Positions 25,146-37,744 of a DNA stretch of 64,000 nucleotides are shown here, one piece after another (position 1 is the first letter of the stretch; every line of letters begins with the position of its first letter). Source of the DNA: Antedon mediterranea (lineage: Eukaryota > Animalia > Echinodermata); the NCBI RefSeq assembly GCF_964355755.1, contig NC_092673.1:34283648-34347647 (forward strand), read 5' to 3'. The notes below the pieces were generated by a model. The model made no database searches. It had not been told where the DNA came from and was given only the letters and a program-made list of their open reading frames with translations. The translations under genes and the position numbers were made by a program.

Positions 25146-28100
25146 ATGGCAGATAGAATAGTAAGATATTTCTGTTGTATTTTTTAATTGTTGTAAATTA
25201 ATTATAACCTACTGTAGCTAAACTTTAATGAAGATTAGCTACTGTGGGTTAGTTTAACTAATAAGCAAACTAATAAAGTTTGGGTACTGTACCTAAATTT
25301 GGGCATGTTATAAGTGTTTAAAAATGAAAAACAATTTTATTTTATACTGTTTTTATTTTTTTACCACTAGCCTAAATCAACATTTCTTAGTGAAGAAGAG
25401 ATTGAGATGGATAGCAGTAGTAGTGTTAGTGACGACAGCAGATCCGATTCAGAGTCCGATAGTGGTAGCGATATGTTTGGCAGTAGCAGTGATGTAGACG
25501 ACAATATTAATAAGGTACATTTTTTAACAATTTCATCAATAGAATTGTCAAAAATGTTGTAAATGTATGTTAATAATCGCATTATTGACGCATTGATCCA
25601 TTATTTTAACATTTTTTACTTTACACTTTATACTATTCCGTAAATGTCCTACAAAATACAATTAGGGGCGCAGCTTATTCAATCGATAATTTTATATTTC
25701 TAATAATTATTGGAGAGTGACGCTAATTAGGTCATTAACAGTATACATTGTCGATGTAATGAATAATGGTTATACTAATAATTGATAGGGTTGGTTTGTT
25801 GGGACTTGATAGGGCTTGGGTGGTATTTAGTAAGACCTAGAACAGTGGAGAGAGTGAAACTCGAATTGTGCAGATGTTAAATTATAAAATCATAACTTTA
25901 TTGTCACTGTATTATTTCAACTCAAATGTTATTTATTTTCTAAATTCACCAGGAGCCCAAGAAGGGTAAAAAACGCACAAGACAATGCCCTTTGCCAAAG
26001 TGTAAAGCAAAGGTTCAGCAACTTGTACGGCATCTAATGAGCAGAAAGCATGGTTTATTACGAGAAGATGCAATGGAAATTGCAGATGAAGGCAGTCTCA
26101 AGTTGAAACGCGACAAGTCAGAACTCGACTCTTGTCCGTTTCCGGGATGCAGCATGAAAAGAGCAAGAGTTGGAAGGCATCTCACTCAATTTCACAAAAT
26201 TGATAAAGGTATGTTGTATTAATTTTGATTAGTCTTTCAATCCTTTATTCAATAGATCATTATTAAGAAATATTGAGAACTAAGTAATAGAGGGTGCAAT
26301 TTAATTCTTGTGCACACTTTAAAATTTACCATGTTCAGATCCCAAATCATTGAATTGCGTTGAGTTACCAAATCGTTGAAGTTGAGAATAATGATGTTGA
26401 TTGAGCCGGACTGTTAATATTTACACATTTTAAGCGACCGTTCTTGGTTTTTTAGTTCTTTTGAGTGTTGCTAGGATACGCTTACGTGAAAATGGCTATA
26501 ATCATTAAACTATAAATATTAAATGACAATAGTCATTATTTCAAACTGCATCATACAGTTATGTTATTTGTTGTAGAATCTGTTAAAAATTCTTTCAATA
26601 AGTTTAGTTGTCCAGTGGCAATATTTCACTCCACGAACATCCTTAAACAAAATATACAAAATAACTACAGTATACTGTAAAATTGATTGATATTTCATTT
26701 TTCTATAATAGGCACTTCTGAATACATACGATTAATGAGAAAAAATAAAACAGGTAAGAAATAATATATAAGTCATATTTGGATTTTCTGATAATTCATT
26801 AGGATACTGGTGTATTGACCATTCTGTTTCCATTTTAATTTCTTCTTACTCTAGCCATTAACATTAATTACAATTAATGTATGATTAGTGGCTAAGGTGC
26901 TCACCTTTCAATCCCAGGGTCCAGTTCAGAAAAGTTGGCTATTTGGCTTTCCTTGGCCATGTGCCTAAATAAATAATTAAAAAATAATGGAATAAAATAA
27001 TATTGAGAAATCTAATAAAAACAATAATTACTAAAGATTTATTCTTATTGTACAACAAATTAAACATTTTGTATGATGTTTTTTTGTTCTTTCAGCTAAA
27101 TCATTATCGGAAGAAGAAGCGCCTTCTACATATAAACGAGTCGCCCTATACGATAGCTTCAAGAGGTTTAAGAAATACCTAACCAACATGGATGGAGGAC
27201 TCCTAGAGGAGGAGAACGCTCAGCAACATATTGTTCGCCTCCACAGGCTTTCCTCACTTGTTGGTGGTTTGGACGGTATGGTAAATGCTGACAAAATGCG
27301 CGAGTGTTTTACAAATTTACATGTAAAGTCACTAGATGGAAAGAAACCGATATCGGTTTCAACTACACTAGTGTACATTGATTCATATAGAAGGTTCTTG
27401 AAGTTTGCTATCTTAGCCAAAGTTGCTACTTTTCAGGATTTTGCCACTGACCTTTTGCTGCAGACCGAGAAATGGAACTCGGCTCTTGGTCGGCAGAAAA
27501 GGGTTCGGCACGCAGAGGTGGTTGCAACTGATATGCAGGAAAGGCTTCGTCATGACGAATTCCACCTGCTTACCAGTAGCAACAACCCTGCAAAAGTCCA
27601 GGCTTTAGAAATTCTGCGCAAGTCTGAGGACGAAGACTTCATCTGCGATGAGTCGGAATTTGTACGAGTCAGAGATTATATAATGATGCTGCTCGTATTA
27701 AATTCCGACCAACGCAGCGGTTGTCTAAAGAATCTCACTTGCAAAGAGATTCTAAATGCCGAGAAAAGAGGAACCCAGTGGATGATCCTAGCAGCTAGAC
27801 ACAAGACTACGTCTACTAGTGGAGCTGCTAGGATCATTCTCTTGGACGATGATTATCGGTTGGCTGAGAAATTTATCCAATGGATTCGGCCGTGTGTTAA
27901 TGACGAATGCGAGACGCGTTACGCCTTCACTAATTTTGTGGATGGCAAACAACTCTCAAGTTCTGTCATTAGCAAACGGCTGAAAACGGTTTGGATAAGT
28001 GCAGGCAACAGGAGTACGTTTAGCTGCACGAGGTTGCGTAAATTTTACACAACTTCGTTGAGGAGACGGGACCCTACTCTAAGGGAAACTTTGGCCTCCC

Positions 28101-28252
28101 ACTTAACCCACAAAGCAAATACAGCTGATAGATTTTACGAACTACAGCAGAGCGTAGATAATAGCCTAAACGTAGCCCGTCATCTACGCTCTCTAATATC
28201 ACTATCGGATCGGATCTGCGGCTACTCTCACTCCATTCTGAATGTTATTTAA
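25146..28252 (+). CDS. Spliced tyrosine recombinase with N-terminal acidic tract and two C2H2-like zinc fingers (Crypton-like), about 537 aa
   Basis: Five phase-compatible GT-AG exons: 25146-25160, 25371-25514, 25953-26208, 26712-26753, 27096-28252 (1614 nt). Fingers CPLPKC..RHLMSRKH and CPFPGC..RHLTQFH. YR motifs QRSG (Arg), HKT (Lys), RLRK and HLTH..TADRFY (His, Tyr). Confidence 0.85.
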
Positions 28253-29374
28253 GTTCCTCTTCATTAAGAAATGCTGATTAAAACAGTTTTTAAAAAAACA
28301 GTAAATAAAACCAGTTTAAAATTAAAATTAAAATTGTTTTTCATTTTAAAATAATAACATGCCTAACTTTAGGTATGGAGGTTGGGGGTTCATATAAGCT
28401 AACCACCCAAATTTATGTCTTGTTTGTTTTTTTTTTTTGTTTTTTTTTTTAATATAAAGTGTAAATTATACAAAATAGGATAGTGTTAATTGCATTTGGT
28501 TAAGACGATTGTGCCGTAAAAAATGTTACATAATGGATCAATGCGTTTAATAATGCAATTATTAAAACATAGATTTTCAACATTTTTTTTACGACAATTC
28601 TATTGATGAAAATGCAATTACTCTTTCTAATGTTAAAAAATGTACCTTATTGTTGTCGTTTGAATATGTATCACTTGAATCAAAAGGGGGTGGTGGGGAG
28701 TATGGAGGGACGTTCAAACATATAAAAAAAAATTTCCTTCATACCTCCCCTTTAAATATTGGTTTTTGTATTTTTGTATAATGAATAAATTACTGAATAA
28801 ATCTGGCTCTGAACCAGTTGAGATTACTACACAAGTTTATGATTATTTTATTCTGTTTAATGTTGCAATATCTTAGTTGCTTTACTACAAGTTGTTATAC
28901 AGTATTATTCATTTCAACCTCAACTGAGTCCAATGTCTTTTGAAAATGCTTCGGTATCTAACAGTATTTAATATCGACAATATAGATATAATGAGACTGG
29001 TAACGACGTGACATGTTGTTGATGATTAATTTGATGATGATTTGATGATAATAATAATAATAGACTTGCATCATTTCAATGTTTGTTATTAAATATATAT
29101 TTTTTTATATATTTAAAACCAACCTTTATTTAACGCTACAGATGTTTGACCTGGAAAATTAAAAGGTTGTCACGGGAAAACAGCGATTATTTTATTCTAG
29201 TTGCTTTACTACAAGTTGTTATAATTCATTTCAACCTCAACAGAGTCCAATGTCTTTTGAAAATGCTTCGGTATCCCTAACAGTATTTAATATCAACAGT
29301 ATAGATATAATGATCAGACTGGTAACGACGTGACATGTTTGTTGATGATTAATTTGATGATGATTTGAATGCAG

Positions 29375-30485
29375 ATGGCACGATACATTTTAAAAGCACC
29401 GGCGTATACACCCAAAGTGGCTTTATATGAAAATTTAGGATGGATACCCTTAACCGTATCTCATAAGATATTACAAACTAAAATTCTTTGAACGTATAGT
29501 CGGGTTGAATGAGAAACGATGGCCCAACCTGTATTGTACAAGACTAATGCTTAATTACAACACAAAAGAATTACGGTTTAAATTCCATAGTTGTGTACGA
29601 ACCACTTTCTGTAGATTTGTTATTAAAAATTGCACTATGGAGAATTGGTTTAATTTACTGAAACAAAATATTTTAGATAACGTAATATTAATCAATGGTC
29701 AGAGGACCTTGTATCTAAATCGACGCTGTCTTTTTATGCAAAGTTAAAATCAAAGCCGGATCTTGAACAATTTTAACTTGATAAAACAAATTTTAATGGT
29801 GCCCGTCTTAAATTTCAAGCCCGTTCCAATTCTCTACCTTTAAATTTTAAATTAAGTAAATGGACCGTGGATAATGATGGTCTCTGTTCATTATGCAACT
29901 TTGGAGATATAGAGGACATATCTCATTTTTTATTTAGTTGTGATGCATTGTGTAAGAGAAGAACAGCTAAATATACTTAAACAAGATTTAATTTATCATA
30001 ACGAGTTAGATGTTTGGGAAATATTCTGGAAAAAATTCTATATGTTATGGGGACAGATACACTTCCCCTCAGTAATAATGTTCTATAAGTATTGTGTTTT
30101 GACAAATTTTGTAAAGTATACCTAACAAGATCATGGAAAATACGAAACAATCTTAACAACTCGCAGATAGCATGTAATGCTTTGTATTGTTGCGGTATAG
30201 AGTTTATACTGACATCTCTATATTTTGAGCTCTTTTTTTTATATTTTCTATTTTCAATTATTACTGTACTACTTAAATTGTTTGTCTTTCTTTTCTTTTC
30301 AATTCATTGTATTTTGCTTAAGTCACGTACGACTAGGACAGCGATCGAGTCAGTCGGCGTTGTTGACTCTAGTTTTTATTTTTTACTTTTTGTATCTGTT
30401 GAATGTCTATTTGTATATAGAACACACCGTGTATGAACGGGTGCCACCATTGTAAAGGTGTAGTTTTAATAAATTATATCTTATA
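29375..30485 (+). mobile_element. 5'-truncated non-LTR retrotransposon, ORF2 C-terminus (truncated copy at 6270-6820)
   Basis: Frameshifted ALYENLGW...FQARSNSLPL...CSLCNFGDIEDISHFLFSC (CCHC knuckle), followed by a 3' UTR ending in AATAAA. Confidence 0.8.
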
Positions 30486-31500
30486 CTGTATCTAATAGAC
30501 TTGCATCATTTCAATGTTTGTTATAATATGTATTTTCTTGTATATTTAAAACCAACCTTTATTTAACCCTACAGATGTTTGACCTGGAAAACTAAAAGGT
30601 TGTCACGGAAAACAGCAATTATTTATAAACAATGATAAAGAAACATTCCTGATCAATATTCTTCCAATTTATTTTGTTTAAAACAACTTTAGGGAGGTCA
30701 TTACCACGTGGACAATCTACTTTCACATGCCATTTGAGGATTGAGTTGGCTCAAGATTTCTGGTGGTCAATAATTTAAAATTTGCATGCCTTGTCAAGTT
30801 GATCCATGGGGGAATAATAATATTCCATTTTATACAGTACTGTATTTCTGTTTTGTAGTCATACAGAATTTCAACTCAATCTACAGTACAAGGAGTAATT
30901 AGGTAACATTATTTATTGTAATTACATTTCAGGACCCAAGTGTAAATAAGGAAACTTTTCTTGGCTATCCTTGTGATCTCCATGTTGTCATCAAGGTCTG
31001 TTCCTTTGCCAAATTTTTTCTTTTTTAAGTGGTATTTTAATATTTATGTAACAGTATTTCAATTGACCTTGATTGCTTAATAAAGAAACTTTGACCATTA
31101 ACATGCAGAAGACAAAAGCACTGGAGGAGATGCACCAAAAAGAGAGTAAATCCTGCGCCTTAGTGCAAAAAGAGTAGACCAATTAAGAGAGAGATTAACT
31201 GTAAATAGACCAAGAAAACACAATTCTTAATTTTCAAGTCTTAACTCACAAGTAAACGAACAGGAAAACTGAATATATATATGAATTGAATTAGACAACT
31301 ATGTATTTCTTACTTGATTAGTCACTTTTTGTATTATACTGTATATTTAGACAACTTTTATTTTAACTTATAAATAAAATGGACTAAAGTTTGACCTTTT
31401 GACCAACCTTGAACCTTTGGTATTAATTTAACTGCAATGGGCTGTTTATAAAACTGTCCAGATGCCAGCTAAAATAATTAGGCTTTGGTTTATGGTCTCA

Positions 31501-32398
31501 GGGCCTGTTTCTGCTGAGCAGAAATAATCGATTATTAACCGTTTATTTTTTTAATCGATTATTTTTGGGCAGCAGAAACGGCGCAAAATAAAATAACCGA
31601 TTAAAAATAACTGATTAAAAACACTCAATCCATTGCGTGTTTTAATCGATTATTTCTTGTTTTAACCGATTATTGCGGAGCAGTTTTGAGCTGCAACACA
31701 AATAGCGATTATTGACCTCACTTTGACCTCTAGAGTATGACAAACTTATTCACGTAAAAGCATGCTGTTTTGCGCGATATCGACGACGATCAGCAAAACC
31801 ACGATTGCGATGTATACCGAATAACAATCAAATGTAACATTTGATTTTTATTATTTTGTGGGGGAGAATTATACCGAGAGACTCCAGGATTCTGTGTTAC
31901 AAGTACACCCGTTACATACCACCAGTCCAGGCTAACGATGTTTTACATGTCATTTTTTAGGCCTGTTGTCTGTTGACTTGTTCCGGTAGAAGTATATAGC
32001 CTATAGGCCTAGCAGGCCGAAGGTAGAACCAACGAACGGCGAAACAAACTTTTTTCGCCGACGTGTCCTTATTAATATAACATCATTATTCTGTTGTATG
32101 TGGTACGGTAGTATGCCTAGATGTTTATTTTACAAATAATATAGCTTTACGCAAGAGTAATTTTTAATCCTACATGTGAGAGTTTTAGGCAGCGATACGA
32201 TGTTAAAACAAACCAACTCTCATCGGCCTTTCATAACTTGAACTCCGCTGTGGGGGAATGATGACGTGATTTTAAAAACCGATTACCTGAATAACCGATT
32301 AAAGTCTTAGCAATTTTCAATTGCAACGCGATTATTTTTGTGGTTTGCGGTGACTGGAAAAAATCGATTATTTTGATTTTTTCAGCAGAAACTGACCT
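31501..32398. mobile_element. PIF/Harbinger-like MITE
   Basis: TIRs gggcctgtttctgctga / tcagcagaaactgacct, 3-bp TSD TCA, subterminal aatcgattat repeats. Confidence 0.75.
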
Positions 32399-32694
32399 TC
32401 ATCAGGAAGCAGATAGGAATTTGAGTAACTGTACTTTGATAGCTAAAAGAATGATATGTACTTTATGTAGTAATATTATACAATTAATCTTAGTGATTAT
32501 ACAGATTGTTAAAGAGCCGACAAAGTATGCCTTTTTAACAAATTATTTCTGAAATAGTAACACATTATATGCCTGATCCAAAAAATTAAAAATCATTTTA
32601 ATATACAAAAAAAATATGATTTATCAAAATAAGCCCTGCCCCCTAGAAACTGGCCGACTGGAATGTCAATCACTGTGACTTCAGAAGAAACATG

Positions 32695-34765
32695 CCACAT
32701 GCTGATGTCAGAGATGTTCACATATGGCATCATTTGACGAGTGTATATGCTGTACTGAGATCATAGCAATTAGAGAGACTCGAGAAAGAGACCAAGAGGT
32801 GACAGGACCCCTTACGTGTATAACGGAACATCCCGAAAGAAACCAAGAGGTGACAGGACCCCTTGCGTGTATAACGGAACATCCCGAAAGAGACCAATAG
32901 TTGACAGGACCCCTTACGTGTATAACGGAACATCCCGGATTTGATCCGTATGCCTAAACTACGCTCGCGCTAAGGTCAAATTTTCGTTCGCCAAAATGGC
33001 GAAAGGTTTTGAAAAACATTAGCCAAATTGAAAATCCTTTAGCCAAATTTAAAAAAAACCATAAAAATTCGAAAAAATGTTTATTAATATTAAATAAATA
33101 ATGCATGTATTTTTTTTATATTTTATTTATATTTTATTTCTATTACATTTATATTATTATTAGGTATCCCAATGAACCTGATTTTCGTTAACGGGATTTT
33201 AACACGTTCGTGAAATTTCAAAAAGTGACGTGTCTTTGAAGTTAAAAATACACTATTTCTTATGTACCCATGAGAATAAAAATTATATGCCTGGAAAGAT
33301 CTTGTTTAAGGGATTATTTTTATATATTTATAATCTATGTTTATTAAATATTTTAATAGAAAACGCGAGTTAAAAATGAGGTACAAAAGCCGGCGAGCCG
33401 AAATCCGCGTGCTAAAAATAACTTTGGAAAACACCTACCCATTTTCGCACCCGATCGCACGAGGTCCATAATAGGTGGTGGAGTAATTTTTGTTGCATGT
33501 TATCAGGCTTTAAATACTCTTTATTTTGATATGTAAATCGGTTATTATTATTATGTACATCCGCCTCAAATGTCAATTTTAACGATAAAAATTGAATTTT
33601 TGAGTCTTTCTCATTATCAAAATCTGGCTAATTTAGTATTGAATTGAAGCTAATTTATATTTCTGTTTGATAAAACACATCGTTTTTTACTTTGCGTGGA
33701 CCTCGTGCGAAGAGGCCAACAAGACCAACCCCTGAAAAAAATAATCCCTACCATAAATATCAGTGTTTACCATTTTCCTTACGGGGGATTCAGTTCTCCG
33801 CTTATTACTAAATTACCGTCGCCCAGGCAATGTGCATGGTATGCATGTATTAGCGCGTTAATTAATGATTGGATAACCCCCGCAGTGGACTGTTCCATTT
33901 TCTGAACTAGTCTTCGCCGCACACGAGGCATGTCGAAAAATGTCACCTCTCATCATGGAATATTTGCTTCGAAACGTCAATTTTACCGATTTATTAAATT
34001 ATTTAATAATTGGAATATTTATCAATCTATTATATAAAACAAGAAATGTACCGCAGAAATTTAAGAAGCTTTGAATTTGCTATGCAGCGGCCGTAACCCA
34101 TTCTATGTAGGCGGCCGAAACGCGCTTTGGCCATGGTGTTGCCGTTGCAGTATACGCTGTTTCTTAGCTATTCAATTTAAAGCCCAACTTTCGGTTAGAA
34201 TAATCGAAAGGGAAATAAAATTAAACATGTTAACATTATGCTATTGAGGTAATTACTTTGTTAAATTTAAAATTCCCCTTTTTAAATAACAGAACAGCCT
34301 CGTTTACGGAAGTATTCGTCCACATGTTTCTGTTTACATTTTCTTCTCAAAGTTCATTTTCTACGTCGAAGAATAGGGACTTCCCCTTTTATTCGCTCAT
34401 CATCACGTCGACGACGGCCGGCCACGAACCAATCACATTAACTGTGTGTCATTAAAACGTCATCGAGGCACGCTCTGCGCATGTTTAAACAGAACTAAAA
34501 AAATTAACACGGCGATCGTGACGTCGTCACATAAAATGCTGTTGTGGTAAAAAGTGTACCCGAGTCAGAAAGTACCGAAGTGTGGCGAATTCTCGCTCCC
34601 ATAAGAAGTCACGCCGACCAGGCTAGGCCTAGGCTTGGAAATGTATTTTCGCCAATTTGGCGAACGAGGCAATAATTATTTTCGCCAAATGGAGACTCCA
34701 GTCGCCATTGGCGAATTGGCGAGCGGTTAGCGCGAGCGTAGCTAAATGTCTGGACTTTGCAACTT
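32695..34765 (+). pseudogene. P2RX7-C-terminal-like cysteine-rich domain remnant, split by an insertion
   Basis: CQRCSHMASFDECICCTEI...CITEHPGFD..CLN, resuming as VWTLQ after 34746; has an internal 51-bp triplication at 32784-32936. Confidence 0.7.
32959..34741. mobile_element. Non-autonomous DNA transposon, 15-bp TIR, 5-bp TSD
   Basis: ctacgctcgcgctaa / ttagcgcgagcgtag with CTAAA on both sides; removing it restores the reading frame CLNVWTLQ. Confidence 0.85.
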
Positions 34766-35949
34766 TCAATTGGGAGAGGGAGAAGACATCGTAACAAGTC
34801 AATAAATGAGAGTACAACCAAAACAATATAAATTATCAATGATTTATGTATAATATGTACACTTGCGTCATCGTGATAAATTAAAACATATTGTTATGAA
34901 TATTTCGTGATCATTAATCAGTTTCCTGATGATAAAATTGATCAACCCAATATATAGTGTACCACTGTTATCGCAGTACACCACAATGCATGATACTGTA
35001 TTTTCAACTGCATTCAATTATTTTTTAATTGATTGCAATTCATTCATTTCTCTCTATTTCGAACTTCATATAAACAGTAATATTTTTGAGAATTATTCTT
35101 CGGAGTTAAACCAAGTACCGGTACTGTTTAACTCCGAAGAATATTACCTCACAATACGACATGAATTTATTTTAATAGTAAGATAAATTTTATTTAAAAA
35201 AACATTTTCTTCTGTTATAGAAAATACAGACATGGATATTTGGGTAGATGCAACCGCACTATACTGCCAGCCTGCGAAATCACAACTATTAGAAACCATT
35301 TCCAGTCAGAGGCATATGTTGGGTTCAAATATCCAAATATTTAGAAATAGGAGTATGGCAGGTCTTAATAAATTGTTCAATTTTGTAAATTAAATAAAGT
35401 TTTCACAGAGTATGATTTAGTACCTGTAACAAGAGGCGTATCAGGCCAACCAACAGCTAGCTGAATGCACGAGGCATTTATCTTTTACGTAAGATTACTT
35501 TCATTTAGAACCACAAGCAGTACATTGATGGCAGCAACACGGACTTCTTTTTGTGTTATACCTACTGTACACTGTACCTTCTGTATCTTTATTTATGATG
35601 CCGATATGTGAACTATGACTTAATAAGGCCTACTCTAGCTGGATACTGATTGGTCTCACTGGGCCTAGCCTAGCCTGCTATACGACTATGAATGATGTCC
35701 AAGAAGAGCCATGCCTTTTGCAGGCCCTCCTGGCCCTTCCTTGTCTAGCTAGGGGCCTACCTCTAATCTAGGATAGATTGCATCCGGCCTGTGTTTTTGG
35801 AACCAGTTAGGTGGTTTATGTGAGATAGGAAGCTAGCCGTGCTAACTAAAATGCATATCTTTAAATCAGAAAAGAATTTGTTAACTCGTAACTCACCGTA
35901 CACCACTCTAAATTAGAAACTGGTGGGCCGGTCGTGGCCCTCTATTAGC

Positions 35950-37260
35950 CTCCCTCGTCTTCTGAAATTGTCTTTTAAATAGTATGGTAGTGTCAACTTC
36001 TACTGTACTGGCAGAGAGAGCATTCCATGAATTTACGACTCGTTGGGTAAAAAAATTACTACGGCAATTTAATCGAGCAATAATTCTTTTCACTGTGGCT
36101 AAAGATACGGTACCGTATCCTAACTTCCGTTTGCTAAAGGTACGGTAAAATTGCATTACGTCATAGTCAGCCAATGGGGTGTGGTACGTGTGTGACGTCA
36201 TCGTATAAGGACTTGGGGTTTTTTTTCATATCGCGAAAACAGTGATCAACCGGCGTCTTAACATTTTCTTTATTATGCTTCATTTATCGCTATTATCCCC
36301 GTCGTCTGACAAAACTAAATGTAGCCTAGGCCTACGTCTGATATTATTGATAGGCTAAAATATGTTGATTTTAATTCTAGAATACAGAAATTTACCGTTT
36401 CAAAAGAGGTCTACTACGTACTATAACCATGCTATATAGCCTCGGTATATGAGTTTGTTTGCCAAGCTGGGGCCAGCTGCATGTGTGCGCTGATTTCTGT
36501 GACTTAGACTAAGACCTGGGAGCTAGGCCTATTGTCTAAATCATAGTATTTGAGGGCCTCTTTATTGTCCGCATTTGCTTTTTGTTTATGGTCACCATCT
36601 GTAAACAAAGTTTATTAAAAAATATAGGCCTAAATAGGCAGTTTGTAATAAAAATAAAACCCTCATAGTAACTATAGGCCTATGGACGAATGAACTAGAC
36701 GCAACACAATTTCCAACATTGAATTATAATTCCTTTACTTCTAATTTGGCTATCAACATATTTCTACTGTAGTGCAAGTGTTTAATGTTGTATAATGAAA
36801 TAATATTTGAGATTGAGTGCATGATTTTAGTCTTTAGTAAACGGAAGTTAGGATACGGTACCGTATCTTTAGCCACGGCGTATTCTTTTTCAATTTAAGT
36901 TTATGACCCCTAGTGGCGGGAATGGTATATTCAGACTTTTGAAAAAGTAAATCACTATCAATAGGCTATAGCCTCTTTGTTGGAAAGAAAATTATATATT
37001 TGAATCAAGTCCCCTCTATGTCGTCTTTCTCCTAAGGTTGTTAAATTAAAAACTTTTAACCTATCTGCATAGGGCATGCCATGCAAACTAGGTGGTAGCC
37101 TAGTTGCTCTCCTCTCTAAACTTTTTCTAATAATAGAATGTCTTTCCTTATTAGTTGAGGAGACCATGCCTGGACTGCAAATTCAAGATGAGGCCCGACA
37201 AATCTAATATAAAGCGATTTAATCATATCAACTGATTTATATTTAATAGATCTTTTAAAC
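35950..37260 (-). mobile_element. CR1-type LINE 3' fragment
   Basis: PHLEFAVQAWSP, RRATRL..L.GMPYADRLK..LTTL.ERR.RGDLI, TRGH, FFTQRVVNSWNAL. Confidence 0.88.
36091..36880. mobile_element. MITE inserted in the CR1 fragment
   Basis: ~47-bp TIR gtggctaaagatacggtaccgtatcctaacttccgttt and its reverse complement at 36831-36880; near-duplicated flank (a/t)attctttt. Confidence 0.85.
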
Positions 37261-37744
37261 AAAGATTAAATCTATAGCCCAGAAGATGCTGTACTTAGTA
37301 CTTACAAAACCTACGCCTAACCTTCAACACTTGCCTCCACTCCGATCCCCTGCTGCTGACGAAAAGATACTTGCTCTCTCCTCACACGCAAACGTGTCCA
37401 TGACTAGACTATACCAATTTCCCTTATGGGGAACCAGTACTACCTATGTATGTAGCATAATGCACTACGCATTATCGACGCATATCCTCTTTGGAATAAA
37501 ATATCAGGCATTGTGCTTAATGTGTTTATACCAACAAAACAAATATAAAATTGAAGTACCTTCAAATTTTTAAAAAAATTAATAGGCCTCTTGGTTGATA
37601 CCATTATCATTTATTTTTTATTCCCTATCTCGAGGTACGGTATTCATAGCGTCATTTCGACGATCAAGCATTCTCTACTTCTACGGAGCGCCATTTATGC
37701 CTTTATTTACTTACGAAATAGAAATAGTACTTCGGTAGCTGCTC

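Noticed and set aside
25367-25582. Minus-strand ORF (and its twin at 2697-2918)
   Set aside because: Antisense shadow of the Ser/Asp-rich recombinase exon 2.
27188-28252. Bacterial or phage integrase contamination
   Set aside because: The gene has phase-consistent spliceosomal introns and is flanked by animal LINEs and MITEs.
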